Shown here: positions 1 through 13,940 of the stretch, piece after piece | How the letters are laid out: every line of letters starts with the position of its first letter | Numbering within the stretch: the first letter of the stretch is position 1 | Program-made: the position numbers and the translations under genes | Assembly (NCBI GenBank): GCA_050575255.1 | Contig: JBNZDD010013730.1 | Coordinates: forward strand, 4,695,607-4,759,606 | Length of the DNA stretch: 64,000 bases | Source of the DNA: Harriotta raleighana | Taxonomy: Eukaryota | Reading direction: 5' to 3' | The notes under the pieces: generated by a model | The model's input: only the letters and a program-made list of their open reading frames with translations | What the model was told of the DNA's origin: nothing | Database searches by the model: none

Positions 1-214
1 CTTCCTTCCTTCCTTCCTTAGAATAAGCTTCTTGTTCTAAGAAAGAGCAATTACCACCATGGTCAACCATTCAAAAAGCAAGCGTGTTAGGAAATCCAAT
101 GTTGTCTCTTCCCTTGCTGTGAGTATGCAATTCTGAAGGATTTTCAGGAGAAGGGATGTTGGAGAGGAAGTGCTTTTAACTCTGTAAGAAGCTCCAAAGT
201 GCTATTTGGTCACC

Positions 215-332
215 TTTATCCTCTCATCTTCAGCCCCCCTCCCTGCTCAGACTCCCTCTCAGTTGTGTGAAGTGCTTTGAGACATCCCTCCAACATGAAA
301 GGTACTGTATAAATGGAAATCGTTGTTGTTTT
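215..332 (+). mobile_element. L2 3' tail fragment
   Basis: gtgaagtgctttgagacatccctccaacatgaaaggtactgtataaatggaaatcgttgttgtt matches the tail of the other L2 copies in the window. Confidence 0.7.
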
Positions 333-1127
333 CTCCTGCTGCTTTCAAACCCACCCCCTCTTCCAAAAAAAAAGGTTTTATCCTGGAGCAGAGTCAACCT
401 TCGTCTTAGTTATGCACAGCAAGGAATGCGGTGTGATTGAGTCCAGTTGACCAACAACCACACAACCAATTAACTTGTCTCCAAACGTGACAGGGGACAA
501 TTTAAAAGGATCTACTGCACAGCCATCTGTTTCACCTCCAGAAATATTTTTTAAAAAGGAGCTAGATAGCATTCTACCTCCTGTAGAAAGTCATTTCAAA
601 CGTGATGGTACTGTAATAGAGGGAAGCTGGGAGATGGCAGGCGGGCAGGGAAGAGATATACAGTACTGTACTGGTGATCCTAAAACTGGTACTCCTTCAA
701 ACTGGGCTTGTAATTGTGGAAGAAACCAGTATTTTGCTGTGATCTATGACCGGTTGATCATTTGTGGATGATAAATGCATTGCAGAATAACAAGCACTGA
801 GTCAGCCTGGATTGACTGCATTATGATTTTTCTCAATTTTTCTCTTTTAGCTAGTTTCCGAGCAGAATGAATGCACCTTTTGACGTAACATAAGGAAATG
901 CAGCTGGTATCCTTGAAGAGAAAATTGATTTGTGAAAAAGCAAAAAATATTTAACCTTTTTCAGAATAGTGACCTCGGAAAAGTGATCTGACTGAAGCTT
1001 TCACTGAAAAGTAGTGTTTGTACTGCAATGATAAAGCTGCTGACGATCACATCGGAACAACAATAAAATCTTAAGAATCATCTGCAGATCACACGAGCAA
1101 TAATTTGTAGCATCTGCTGAATCATTT

Positions 1128-1292
1128 CTGGTATCTTTTTGTTGATAGCCTCCAGATTGCTACTAATTTGCTAAAGTCAGATTAGTTGTTAAACACACAC
1201 ACACACACACACNCTGGTATCTTTTTGTTGATAGCCTCCAGATTGCTACTAATTTGCTAAAGTCAGATTAGTTGTTAAACACACACACACAC
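1128..1292. repeat. Duplication across N1213 ending in (AC)n microsatellite
   Basis: ctggtatctttttgttgatagcc...gttaaac(AC)n occurs at 1128-1212 and again from 1214, with different AC tract lengths. Confidence 0.9.
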
Positions 1293-2428
1293 AAACAAAG
1301 CAGAGAATTGAAAATATTTTAGCAGAAAATGATCCCGCCATAATAATCAAGTATAAAAAAATCAATATATGTGCTTTTTAAAAAAAACATGTATACTGTA
1401 TTTGAAAAATCTAAAGTTCCTTTTATTTTAACTAGTCCTTGATCCTATGTGAAGTTCTTCCCAGGAAATATTCCAATTCTGACAGAGATCACTTCTGAAA
1501 CAATAACCAATCTTTCTCATCCAGATGCTAACTGATTAGCTGTGGATTTTTAAAAAACCTCCTTTATTTACAATGTTCAGCCTTTGTGGTTTGATTGCTT
1601 CATGTGCAATCTATTGATAGCAAATGTATCATTACATCACTTTCCCATAACTTTTAGCAGGACAAAATCAATCTTGGCAGTCGAGGTGACTTTGTAAGTG
1701 AATGTAAAATGTGCTGACCAGAGGATAAAATAAAGCAGCTGAGAAAGATTTGGAGCAGACAAATAATACAGGGAGAGAAAAATAATACTTCAATTATAAA
1801 GATATCTTGACTTGAAACTTACCTCCCTCGTCACTGAAATATGAAAACACAATCTATAAAAACATGTTTTATGTTCACTCTAGCCAATTGAAAACTACAC
1901 AAAATAAATGGAAACTCAATTTTTTTTTCACAATGTCAATTGCAAAGTTGAATGGAGAGACTGGCCTCTTGGCATGAGAAGCTCCAAACATCACTATACT
2001 GACAAATGAAGAGTGTTGATAAAAGCTGCATCAGCCCACCATGGTTAGAGCACCAGCTGCTGTAAGAAGAATCAACCATCCGTAGTACTTTAAAGCTGTG
2101 TCCTGCTGTGTCCAGCAGGGGATTCAAAAGACTGAGGAACTTTTCTTTTTGTTAACCTTACATTGCTTCACATCTGGCAATCCATGCTGAGCAGTGTGTT
2201 TGGTTATAAAACAGGACAATTTGTAAATAGGCCTGGGTGTCAATCCCTACTACCTCCTTTTCGTTTGTTGTGACCCCTTGTGCTAGTCGGATAAGTTTTA
2301 ACGCACGAAAATGAAAAGAAATGAGGAAAATCCTGTGTTCTTGAAAGAATTGCAAATACAGGCACTTGCTATTAACGCAAAGCCGGGTCACACATCTCAA
2401 TTTATTTATCTCAAGTTATTGCCAGGTT

Positions 2429-5097
2429 CTGTAAGTAGCGGTTTTACAGTGTAGCAGCCCAATATAGTTTTGATAGAGTGAGATAGCTGACTCTTTTGCA
2501 ATTCTGAATATTTGTCCAAACTCTGTGGTCAGAGCTTTGGGCATGTGTTTGGTTAGTTAGTTTAGCTTGTGCAGATCTCTGCTTTGCCTGATTTACAGAG
2601 TGGTACAAACAGACACTACTGTACAACTCTGCAATGTCCCTCACCACCACTCTAATAATGGTACCAGCGTCAACCAGTAGGTGCAGAGCAACAAAACCAT
2701 AGTGAGAGCTCTCAGTCTTCAGTAACACTATAGTTTTCCACAGACCCATTATCTGAGAAGTGAACATGAACATTGTTTGATAGTTACAGTGCCTCACAAT
2801 GGTTTCAAAATTATATTTTAAAGCCACGTGTATTTGGAAAAGTTTCTTTTAAAAGTCCTTAAAAAAAAGTATCTTTTAAATGCGACGACCAATTTGCCAG
2901 TAGCTGATGATCTTTGCGATTCCTCCCACCCTCCCTCCCTCCCTCCCCACCATTAAGTGGGATCTCATAAGGTAAACAAATACACAGACTTTCAGCTGAT
3001 TTTATTTCAGCAATTAAATCTAAGGACTGTTTTTCATAGTTAGATTTGTTTTGGAGCATTCTTTAGAATGGAAAAACAATTCAGAGGCATTGACCTGTTA
3101 ACGGCCCCAAGTGAAACACATTCTTCAGATTTCTGTTTAAAGTCTTAAGGCAAAGATGAGCACCAACTAAATTCCAAACCAAAGTAACCCTTGTCTGCCC
3201 AGTTAATTCACTCAATACTCAGCTCCCCGAATGACTCAGAAGGTAAAAGAATCATGTGGCAATGCACTGAATCAAGTAGATCCGGAAGCTTTCAGGTTCC
3301 TTGACCTCTCTGCTGCCTTCGGCACTGTCGACCACTCCACCGCAAACACCGCCTCTCCTCCCAGCTCAATCTTCATGGACCTGCCCTCTCCTGGTTTGAC
3401 TCCTACCTTTCTCACCATCTCCACTTTATCACCACCAACGGCTTCTCGTCCAGCCCATGTGTTGTCCCCCAGGGCCCTGTCCTTGGCCCCCAACCTTTTA
3501 ACATCTACATCCTCCCCCCTTGGTGACATCAACCGCAGACGTGGGGTCAACTTCCACACATATGTGGATGACACTCAACTTTGTCTTTCTGCCTCTACCC
3601 TCAATTCCAGGACCACTTCTGTCCTGCCAGACTGCCTGTCAGACATCAAGTCCTGGACGAGTGTTAACTTTCTACAGTTGAATGTCTACAAGACCGAGGC
3701 CCTCCTGATTGGCTCATGTTAGCATCTTCACACATCAGGCACTGGCTGCATTAACCTCCATGNCTGTAAGTAGCGGTTTTACAGTGTAGCAGCCCAATAT
3801 AGTTTTGATAGAGTGAGATAGCTGACTCTTTTGCAATTCTGAATATTTGTCCAAACTCTGTGGTCAGAGCTTTGGGCATGTGTTTGGTTAGTTAGTTTAG
3901 CTTGTGCAGATCTCTGCTTTGCCTGATTTACAGAGTGGTACAAACAGACACTACTGTACAACTCTGCAATGTCCCTCACCACCACTCTAATAATGGTACC
4001 AGCGTCAACCAGTAGGTGCAGAGCAACAAAACCATAGTGAGAGCTCTCAGTCTTCAGTAACACTATAGTTTTCCACAGACCCATTATCTGAGAAGTGAAC
4101 ATGAACATTGTTTGATAGTTACAGTGCCTCACAATGGTTTCAAAATTATATTTTAAAGCCACGTGTATTTGGAAAAGTTTCTTTTAAAAGTCCTTAAAAA
4201 AAAGTATCTTTTAAACGCGACGACCAATTTGCCAGTAGCTGATGATCTTTGCGATTCCTCCCACCCTCCCTCCCTCCCTCCCCACCATTAAGTGGGATCT
4301 CATAAGGTAAACAAATACACAGACTTTCAGCTGATTTTATTTCAGCAATTAAATCTAAGGACTGTTTTTCATAGTTAGATTTGTTTTGGAGCATTCTTTA
4401 GAATGGAAAAACAATTCAGAGGCATTGACCTGTTAACGGCCCCAAGTGAAACACATTCTTCAGATTTCTGTTTAAAGTCTTAAGGCAAAGATGAGCACCA
4501 ACTAAATTCCAAACCAAAGTAACCCTTGTCTGCCCAGTTAATTCACTCAATACTCAGCTCCCCGAATGACTCAGAAGGTAAAAGAATCATGTGGCAATGC
4601 ACTGAATCAAGTAGATCCGGAAGCTTTCAGGTTCCTTGACCTCTCTGCTGCCTTCGGCACTGTCGACCACTCCACCGCAAACACCGCCTCTCCTCCCAGC
4701 TCAATCTTCATGGACCTGCCCTCTCCTGGTTTGACTCCTACCTTTCTCACCATCTCCACTTTATCACCACCAACGGCTTCTCGTCCAGCCCATGTGTTGT
4801 CCCCCAGGGCCCTGTCCTTGGCCCCCAACCTTTTAACATCTACATCCTCCCCCCTTGGTGACATCAACCGCAGACGTGGGGTCAACTTCCACACATATGT
4901 GGATGACACTCAACTTTGTCTTTCTGCCTCTACCCTCAATTCCAGGACCACTTCTGTCCTGCCAGACTGCCTGTCAGACATCAAGTCCTGGACGAGTGTT
5001 AACTTTCTACAGTTGAATGTCTACAAGACCGAGGCCCTCCTGATTGGCTCATGTTAGCATCTTCACACATCAGGCACTGGCTGCATTAACCTCCATG
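2429..5097. repeat. 1334-bp near-perfect tandem duplication across N3763, probably an assembly overlap
   Basis: 2429-3762 recurs at 3764-5097 (offset 1335). The ORF track shows identical proteins apart from one H/R change (T2881 vs C4216). Confidence 0.95.
3290..3762 (+). mobile_element. L2 RT fragment (duplicate copy of 4625-5097)
   Basis: Same RT motifs; lies inside the N3763 duplication. Confidence 0.85.
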
Positions 5098-5858
5098 GTT
5101 GCACACTCAACCTCACCAAGCCAGTCAGAAACCTAGGCGTCTTTTTCGATGCTCATTTGTCTTTCCTCCCCCATATCCAAGCCATGACCCACTCTACCTC
5201 ACCACCAAAATATTGCCCAACTCTGCCACTTCCTCACCCCTCAGGCCGCTGAAACTCTCATACCTTCATCACATCCCGGCTTGACTATGCCAACACCCTG
5301 TTTGTCGGCCTTACCAATTCCTCCCTCCATAGACTGCAGATAATCCAGAACTCGGCAGCCCATGTCCTCTACCACTCCAAGCTTTGTGATCCCATCTCCC
5401 CCATCATCGCCCGAGTCCATTGGCTCCCCATCATCCAGAGGATTCATTTCAAGATCTTGGTTCTCACCTTCAAAGCCCTCCATGGCATCACACCACCCAA
5501 CCCTCTGCGACCTCCTAACCCCCTACCAACATGCTTGCCCCCTCCGCTCAGCAGCCTCTGCCTGCTCCACGTCCCCCGACCCACACCTCCACTATTGGCA
5601 GGCGGGCCTTCAGCCATTCCACTTTCAACCTCTGGAACTCCAACCCACAGTCCCTCCTCCTCGCCCCCTCTCTAGCCTCCTTCAAGACCCACCTTAAGAC
5701 CCTCCTGTTCAACAGTCCCATCGGTCATACCAAATCCCCTCCCCCCATCTTTCTCTCCCTGTAACGACCCCAACTTGGGTCTGAAACAATGACTGTTTTC
5801 ATGTCAGGAGGACATCCCAAAGCGTTATGCAAGTGTAATTTTGTTGTTTGTTGTTGTT
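4625..5858 (+). mobile_element. LINE-2 (L2) 3' fragment with degenerate reverse transcriptase
   Basis: RT motifs FLDLSAAFGTVDH, PQGPVLGP (other frame), YVDDTQL and QLNVYKTE; further frameshifted C-terminal ORF2 remnants; L2-type tail ending (TTG)n. Confidence 0.9.
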
Positions 5859-8800
5859 CCACCTCTGTTGATGCTGCAGTTACCTAATTGTGATGGGGCA
5901 GAGGTAGGGCTTAGCATCTATGCAGTATTGAGATTAAAAAACCTTCAGGGTTCCTGTTGCTGATCAATTACAAATAACTGCTGCAATAAGTACCTGTGTG
6001 AGGTATTGTTGAGTAGATTGTTGCTGCTGTTGATTACTGTCCGACCTTCCAATGGAGAATGAATTATACCCAGGCAGAAAACCCAAAGTGAAAAGTAAAA
6101 ATAACAACTTGGAATTCAATGTGGATTTTCATTTAAATACATGTTTGATTTTGCTGTGTGAGACAAGGCATAAGTCCTTTATGTGTATATGTGTGTGGAA
6201 ACTTTAACACATTGCAGGACAAAAAGTTAAACTTTGTTTTCCAAGCAAGCAAATTCTATAACACCCAAAACCCAACTCCAAAACCCGCATGAACCAGAGC
6301 ACTCATTTTCAGAGCTCTTTAAGCATATACTAACCACACATTGTTGATCTGTTGTTATATTGTTGATATAACAGCATAAATGCCTGAGGCTTGGATTGAA
6401 ATAGTTCAGGAATGTTACTGAATGTGATGACAGCTTATGAAGACATGGTAAAGTTGTTTATCAACCACATTATTTCAAATTTACCAAGCCTGAGTTATTA
6501 CATAAATAAGAATAAATTATACATGTAATAAGCTTTAATGCTAAAGGGCTAATTTTCCTCTCTGTATTTGGGCTTGAATGCTATTTGTGTGTTAGGTTGT
6601 AGTGTTTGGGCCTAAGCCAAGTACTTTGGGGCCATTGCAGTTCCTACTCCTCGCATGGATGCTAAGAAATATACACAACAGGAGAGCAGTTTTAGTGTGA
6701 TTCAGTTTACTGCTCCTTCAAATTCCATAAAACCAGGCCAACAATAAAATTGTACATATACAGAGAGCTATTGTAATACTATTATAATTTTTTTTTTTAA
6801 AAAGTCTATTTTGAATCCTGTTCCCATAAATGTAAACGTCCATAAAGTAAATCCTATCTTTGGCCACAAATGAAAACTTTCTAAATTCCTGTCTTTGGAA
6901 AAACGGCCTCTTTCCTGCTACGAGATTGGGGACCCTTTAACATCAACAAACAAAGCACGGTTTGATTTTAAAGTTCAGGCCAAATTGAATTCAAAGTTGT
7001 CTTTTCCCTCCTCGGATTTACTTATTTTCCAGTTCCTCTCCTCTAGGCAGCAAAAAAACTTGGTTGGTACCAATTAATTCTCTTGAACCATAGAGAAAAT
7101 AAACAATTGAATTGTTGGATCACTTTCCCTACTGATTCCTGATTTACTTTAATATAGTTACATTTTCTTTTATGCCTGTTACAAAAATTGAGATTGTGAG
7201 CAAAGGGATGGCAGTGGTCACATTTGTGCCCAATGGTGAGTTTTTGTTTGCAAAGATAAATTAATGCCAGTGTGTCCGTGATACACCATCAGTAACTAAG
7301 AGATTTGATTTCCATCCCACTAACAGAACTGTAGGAGAGTCTGGTAGTGGATTTTCCTATGATCACTACCCATACAATCCTTTGACAAAGCAACGGCAGA
7401 TTCAATTTAACTTGGGCAAATTTAATTTTTATTTCCTTTTTCACCCAGTGGAAAGCCTCAGTCCCTGAGGGAGGCAGAATCAAAATAGCGATGGGATTGA
7501 AATGCCTCAGTGTTCTGGTTGAGAGCCAGCAAGATTTGGATTTGTGATTATAAAATCAGATCTTTAGCTAATAGCGCAATTACAATGATTATTTGCTTGT
7601 TGTACTTCAAGCTATTTTGCGTTTCTCAAAGTGCCAAATTGTGGCTTTTGTCATTAATTACTTAAAACTCACTGCGAAAAAGTCAAATGAACTCCATATC
7701 CAGCTATCTTATCCTATGGAGATGATGCACTAACAGAATAGACACTATCCTGACATACTGTAAATTGTTAGGATGTTATAATTTTCACATTTGGCCTGGC
7801 TTTCATACCGTTTGTCTGAGATTCAGATGAAATCCTAACCACAACATTGAATACTAAACCTGCATTTGATGATCTTAAGGTGAATTGACCTGAAGTCAAT
7901 TCACCTGAAGTCAGCTGCTTCTGAGTTGTGCAAGTTCTATTCTTAGCTGATGGTATTTTAGTTTTTAAAGAATCATTGATGTGTCATTTAATATATTTCT
8001 CCTCTTGAAGTTTTCTTGCCAAACAAAACCTCCTTGGAGATAAATTCAATTTTGCAAAGAAATTGTATTTTTGCAGTTTAATTTGATCTTTCTAATTCAC
8101 TGTAATTATAGGGCTCGTGAGAAGATTGAAATATTTATATAATTACCGATGTGAGAATTCATGAATCCAATTTCTTTTCTTTTGAAATGATTAATGGTTA
8201 ATACATTGTTTTCTTTGTAATTTTGTCAAAAATCTGTGCCACAGTTCAGCGAGACTAGACTAAATTCATTCAAATTGGCTGATTCAACAATGTATAATTT
8301 TTCACTGGAGGAAACAAAAATTGATGTTAAAGAAATCTTAAACAGAAATCTTTTACAAATTCTTTTCACATTGCTCTGTTTTAAGACCAAGCAGAAATCC
8401 ATAATCTGGTAAACAGTACTTCCTGACAAATGACCTGCAGTATCAAGCGTGGGCAGACAAGAAGTCTGCTTTGGAGTAACTTGCTTTATTTTATAGCTGA
8501 ATTACTTGTGCCCACAGGGATGTAGTCTACTATGATTGTTTCCATAAAGGAAGCTGTACTCTACAAAAAACACTAGACCTCTGCTAGATGTATAAAGCTG
8601 CACTGGCTCATAAAAAGTAATATAGGGCAGCTGCTGGAACAATTTCCAAAGTGTCAGCTTGCTTCCAGCTCCTAACATTGTTCAGTCAATGAGTCTCGCA
8701 GATCACAGATGAAGGCCAGAAGCTATGAACTTGGCATCAGTTACAGACATAAACAATTTTTTTTGCCTATACATTTAAAAAGCAGTGTCTGCTGAGAGTT

Positions 8801-11800
8801 ATTTGACCAGTCAATTCATCCTACTATCTAGACACTGGTATTTTGTTATTTTTCAAGTGATTGAGAACAGTGCCTTTTTGCAATGGATGCAATCTACAGG
8901 TTTAATCGTTGCCAGAATGTGTCGTTCTCAATAGAAAAGCTATTTGAATTATTGAATAGACAATCTCTGAAAAAGATATCAGCATTTAATGTAATTCTGC
9001 AGAAAAACATGTTTTCATGTCATTTTTATCCTGTAATTTCAGCAATAATTCAGAGAATTTCACTCCACTAAACTGTTTTCTATTTTTTTCATCACTGTTC
9101 AGGCTTTTGAATTTCATTATTCAATTCATGTTTTTTTTCTCTAGTTAATTCAGTTGACTGCTCTAGCTATAAAATGAGATAACATCCTGGCAAATCAGTT
9201 TAGCAGAGCCAGGCAGGTCCACAATAATCCGAGGCATTGATAATCGTAGGCCAGGCCATTCAGCGCATTTATGAAACTCAGAGGAATAATTATCATTCAA
9301 CCCTTCAACTAAAGGCCGAGTGTAGCAGTCCTGGGTAGGCATGTCCTGTGAAAAAGTCAATGTGCAATGTTTAACTTGATGAATCCACAATAGAATATTT
9401 CTGCCCTTTGTTGTGCAGTATGGATTCCAAGGAAAATGAATGGAGCATCAACAACATTATATCTAAAGTGTACAATCTGTAAAATAATCCAAGTGTCTGT
9501 AGCGGTCAAATATCTCTGAATGCAAGAATAACAAAATGTAACACAAATAAATAATGCAGAATTCAAATGTTGTTTGAAAAAGTGGGTTAACATACCATCG
9601 CTAGTGTAACACGAGGTCATACAGACAGAAAAATCCCAGGCTTGAACAACAACAAAATTATATTTATATTTATCACTCTACACATGAAAAAAATAGCATC
9701 GGGAAGACATTCCGCCATGATGGAAATACTAAGACAACCATCAATGTACTGTATCACAAATATAGTGACTTCATTGTCTCCTTGTTCCCACTAAAATAGT
9801 TCCAGACTACAATCTTTTTATTGAATAATCAGATTGAATTTATTATTTGTATTTTCAATGTGATAACCTAGAATAACCTCAGACGTATTACTCATAAAAC
9901 CATGCAGTGTATGAAATTGGCAGAAATCACCTGTAGTCAAAGAAAATTAATCTTTGCTGCAAAATTAATACCTCAATATAGGCTGTTTGCACTCTGGGTG
10001 GAACAGAACACCCCTAATCCAGGAATAAGTGTAATGTGTGCATAGAATTGAACTGCAATTCTAGATTGGGCCCATTTTATGGATGGCATCAGATGAACAC
10101 CATTTGGATTCAACACTTCTTATTAAATAAGTTAATACAAGGATTATTATTTTTTATGTTTACTAGTATTCAGCTGATCTCCCAAATATACCATTACCAT
10201 TATCATTATGCAAATACTTAATTTGCTGCAGGTTTGATATCTAGCTGCACGTCCTCCCTTACAATCTGTTCCCTAATAACAATCACAACCTTTGTCTCAT
10301 TCTTTGTTGAGCTGAAGAGAATGATCATCAGATACGAGAATATTTTATTATACCGCAATGGGAAGGATCATAAATTTAGGTTGTTCAGTAAACATTATAA
10401 CAGGCCAAAGGCAAACAATGTAAAGTTGTCTGAGCATCCCAGTCGATGATGTTTGGACAAGTTGATTAAAATGTTAAGCAGCAGTGCAACTGAAGCAAAA
10501 TCTTTGAAATGTGACGGATCATTTATCTCACACTGTAGTTACTTGCAGGATGTAAGCTTTCATTTTATTCACTTACTTTGTACTCAATTACAGTTTGGAA
10601 ATGATGAATTACAAGGGTACTTTGGAACATTTTGCGACATATTCCTTTTAGAGCTTTGTAGTGTCACTCAGTCAGTGGGCTTTGATTTTTGTGTTCAAGC
10701 TAATACTATTATGTAGAATTCATTCAACAGTGATGTATGGGTGGGTGGGGGGAGGAGAGACTGCTTTGAACAGCTGCAGATGTTGTGTTTACCTCACATG
10801 TCACAAGTGACAAAATAAACACATTGAAGGGAGACCCACAACAGTATCTCTCTATGGATGATAGCTACATGCTGGAATTGTCACACAGAACTCAAAATAG
10901 CTGGCAACATCTCTATCTCCAAAAGTGCATTAGTGAAAACTATTACTATTTTCATAAAAGGTTATTTCCCTGGGCTTCAGGTTAAAAGGGGTCTTTAACA
11001 AGTCTCATTAAAAGTTTTTCTTTAATATTCCGCTTGTATTTTAATTGAACTAATCCATCCATTTCTCAACAGGAACAGATCTGAATTTTTAAAAAAAATA
11101 TGGGTTACAAAAGGTTGAAAACTGTGTTGAACTTGAATGGTCGGCACACTGACACCTTTTAATCACAATAGCATCAAGATTTTATTGGTAAATGTGAGTT
11201 TCCTGGCTTGCGAGCCTCAGAATCCTAATGACAGAATTCGATTGTGAACGTTTAAATGGCTGCCTCTCACTTTCTGCGGCCTTTATTTGCTAATATGGGC
11301 TCCCACTAAAATCACAAAAGGCCAGAGCCATAGGGGGTTTCGCTAACGTTTCCTGCATTTTAAAGGGTGCTCGCTACATTGGAAAGTGTTTGCAAGAAAC
11401 CTTTTTTGTTTGTTTGAGGAGGGGTGGGCTGGAATTGCTGTGTGCTGCATTTAATACAATTAACATCACTGGTGCGATGGTTTGTTTTGAAACGGTTTAC
11501 GTTCTCACTCTGTGCACTTGCTGGGCTCTTTTCATGAAAGGCAGTGCTCCTTTAAAGACCTTGTTGCGTCCTGACAGCTGGTTGAGGCATCTGTACAATG
11601 TTTGGAATGGCCCAAGCTGTTTCCAGTAGAGAGGCAGCACCTGCGTCAATTCAAATCTGAGTGAGCAAAGATCAATCCTACACTAACATGGAGCATTCGG
11701 ATTAGGTAGGGGTCTTTAACAAGTCTGTTTTCCTGTGTGTGTGTGTGTGCTCCAGATGACTGCTCTTCCCCTCACCCCCCACCCCCCCACCCCCACCCCG

Positions 11801-12047
11801 CTTACCAAGTGAACTACAGGGTAGCATTACATAACTAAACACAGTTACTTCAAATGGAAGAAAATACAGTTGTTCACTTAGTTTCTAGAACAGACTGCAT
11901 GCTGTGTTCCCAGCCATTTACAAAACACAATGTTGCACACTTGGTATCTTATCCCGAGGGATTTCATTGAAATCCAGGTCGAAGACCAAGTCCCAAAGAC
12001 TAATTCTCTCGTGTCTATCAGTCTCTGTGAATGTACCTACTCATAAT

Positions 12048-12275
12048 TATTGACACTGGGCGAAATTCCCTTTTTTCCTTCTGAAGCGCCACGGGATTTT
12101 GAGTGTTCATTGGAAAATAATACAGGGGTTCTCAGTTTAATGCCTCGTTCGAGGGCTGGCAGCACTCCCCAGCACTGTACTGGAGTGTCAGCTTAGACGA
12201 GCAGCTCAAGTCCTCCAACCTTGTTGTAACCTTCTGATGCGGAAACAAAGGTGCAAACAACTCAGCCAAACAGAC
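12048..12275 (-). mobile_element. Older Deu-domain (SacSINE1-like) SINE fragment
   Basis: gccacgggattttgagtgttc...ctcagtttaatgcctcgttcgagg...gcagcactccccagcactgtactggagtgtcagcttaga...ctcaagtc...aaccttctga resembles the reverse complement of shark Deu-SINE head and core as I recall them. Confidence 0.65.
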
Positions 12276-13574
12276 GTGTGGGTTTCTCTCTTTACTTTTG
12301 CAAGACGTACCCTTGCATTTCTTATAGAGCAAATCAATTTAGACTCACTGGAGTGAAAAGAATGCAAAATATCAGTTTATCAGATCCCTACGTGTTGCAA
12401 CACTTCCTGCTCTGGCTCAGCAAGTCGGGTTAGATTTTGAGGCAGAGAATGATAGGCTAAAGGCTGCGTGAGGGTCCATAATGCCTCCTCTCCAAGCCTG
12501 CAGGCTTTGACCTGTAAATAGTTGCCTAGACAAGGTTTATCTGTCACACATGCATGCACAGGCGTCGGGTTTAGATAACTTGAAAGTAATAACAGCCTCT
12601 TATCTTAGTTTGTCATTAGCAGGTGATGCTCCATTCAAAAGATTAATAGAAGATTTTTTTTAAATTCAAAAAACACTTAAGTGAATGCTGTATAGTCAGT
12701 CATTTTGCATTTAAGTGTCTCAATGAAATATCCAGTTACATGCATCGCTGGAAACTTAAATATTTTGAAAATTGAATTTGATAAGCCAGACTCCTCCACA
12801 CTAGCAATATAAATATTATGAATACGTTCTGTCTCTTGTTTTTTTTTCTTCTGAATTGAGACACACTTGATCTTAGATGAGAAAGGAACTTTTATTGCAA
12901 GCCCCAGACTTCTTGGGGGAAATTCCTTCTAAGTCTAAATTTACTCTTCTGCATATGGCATTTTGGAAAATCTAGAATGTGAAAAATTGTAAAAGTAGTC
13001 TTAATTTGGAGCTGGATTTCTGTGAATTTTAAAAAAATGTCTTTTATGAAACCAAAATCAAAGATAGAATTGAATTTAAAATTGAACTTAACTATTTGTC
13101 AAATTCTGGATGCTCTAAACACTACATCAATAAAGCATTTTTGGACCTAGGTGGAGTTTTTGCTGATTTATCTGTTCTAAATCAAGATTTGTAAAGATTC
13201 TAGAGATCAAAAGGACATAGAAATTAAAATTCAGATAGGATCTATTATAATTAACTAATTTAACGTTGAAACTGTTATTGTGCTGATGTAGAAGGGAATG
13301 TCAGTTTCACCTTACTTTCAACATTGATTCTATTTTGGATACTTCTGAGCGCTGAAAATCATGTTGAACATATAATGGATAAATGGGTAAAAAAGAAACA
13401 TAGGGTTTTCTCTCCTGTCATGTCTCTGTCCATCCATCATCCTGTTGATAGAATAACGTTTGCTTTTAAAAATATGAGTAAAGAACCCGGTGCTAAGTAG
13501 GTATTTCACTGGTGCTTTGTCATCAAGTTTCAATTAGCCTCATGTCAATCACTAAAATAACCAGTCTCCTTAGC

Positions 13575-13940
13575 TCCAGTATTCAAAAAGAAATCCAGCT
13601 CATTCAGAACTGCTGCCTATGTACTTACCCGGACCAAATTCCGTACCCCCACCTCATAAGTCCTGGTCAGGCTTCATTGGCTCCCCAAAACCAAATGGAT
13701 CGACTTCAAAATCCTCACACTCTTGTTCAAATCTATTCACTCCCTGGCACCTCCCTACCTCTCCAACCTCCTCACTCCCCAATACACCATCCAGTGCCTC
13801 CGCTTGACTGGCACCCTCCTCCTACTTGTCCCTCACACCCTCCGCTCCACCATTGGAAGTCGCTCTTTCAGCCACTAAGCCCTCACTCCGAGACACTACC
13901 CTGCATGGAGTGAGCTATATAAATGCAGGCTGTGGTTGTA
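13575..13940 (+). mobile_element. L2 3' fragment
   Basis: cagctcattcagaactgctgcc...cttcattggctcccc...ttcaaaatcctc parallels 5335-5480; ends in gctatataaatgcagg tail. Confidence 0.8.

Noticed and set aside
2429-5097. Apparent tandem cluster of duplicated ORFs (127, 66, 163 and 100 aa, each twice)
   Set aside because: The copies are near-identical and joined at a single N, so this is an assembly overlap. The 163-aa ORF is a frameshifted L2 RT remnant and the others show no recognisable homology.
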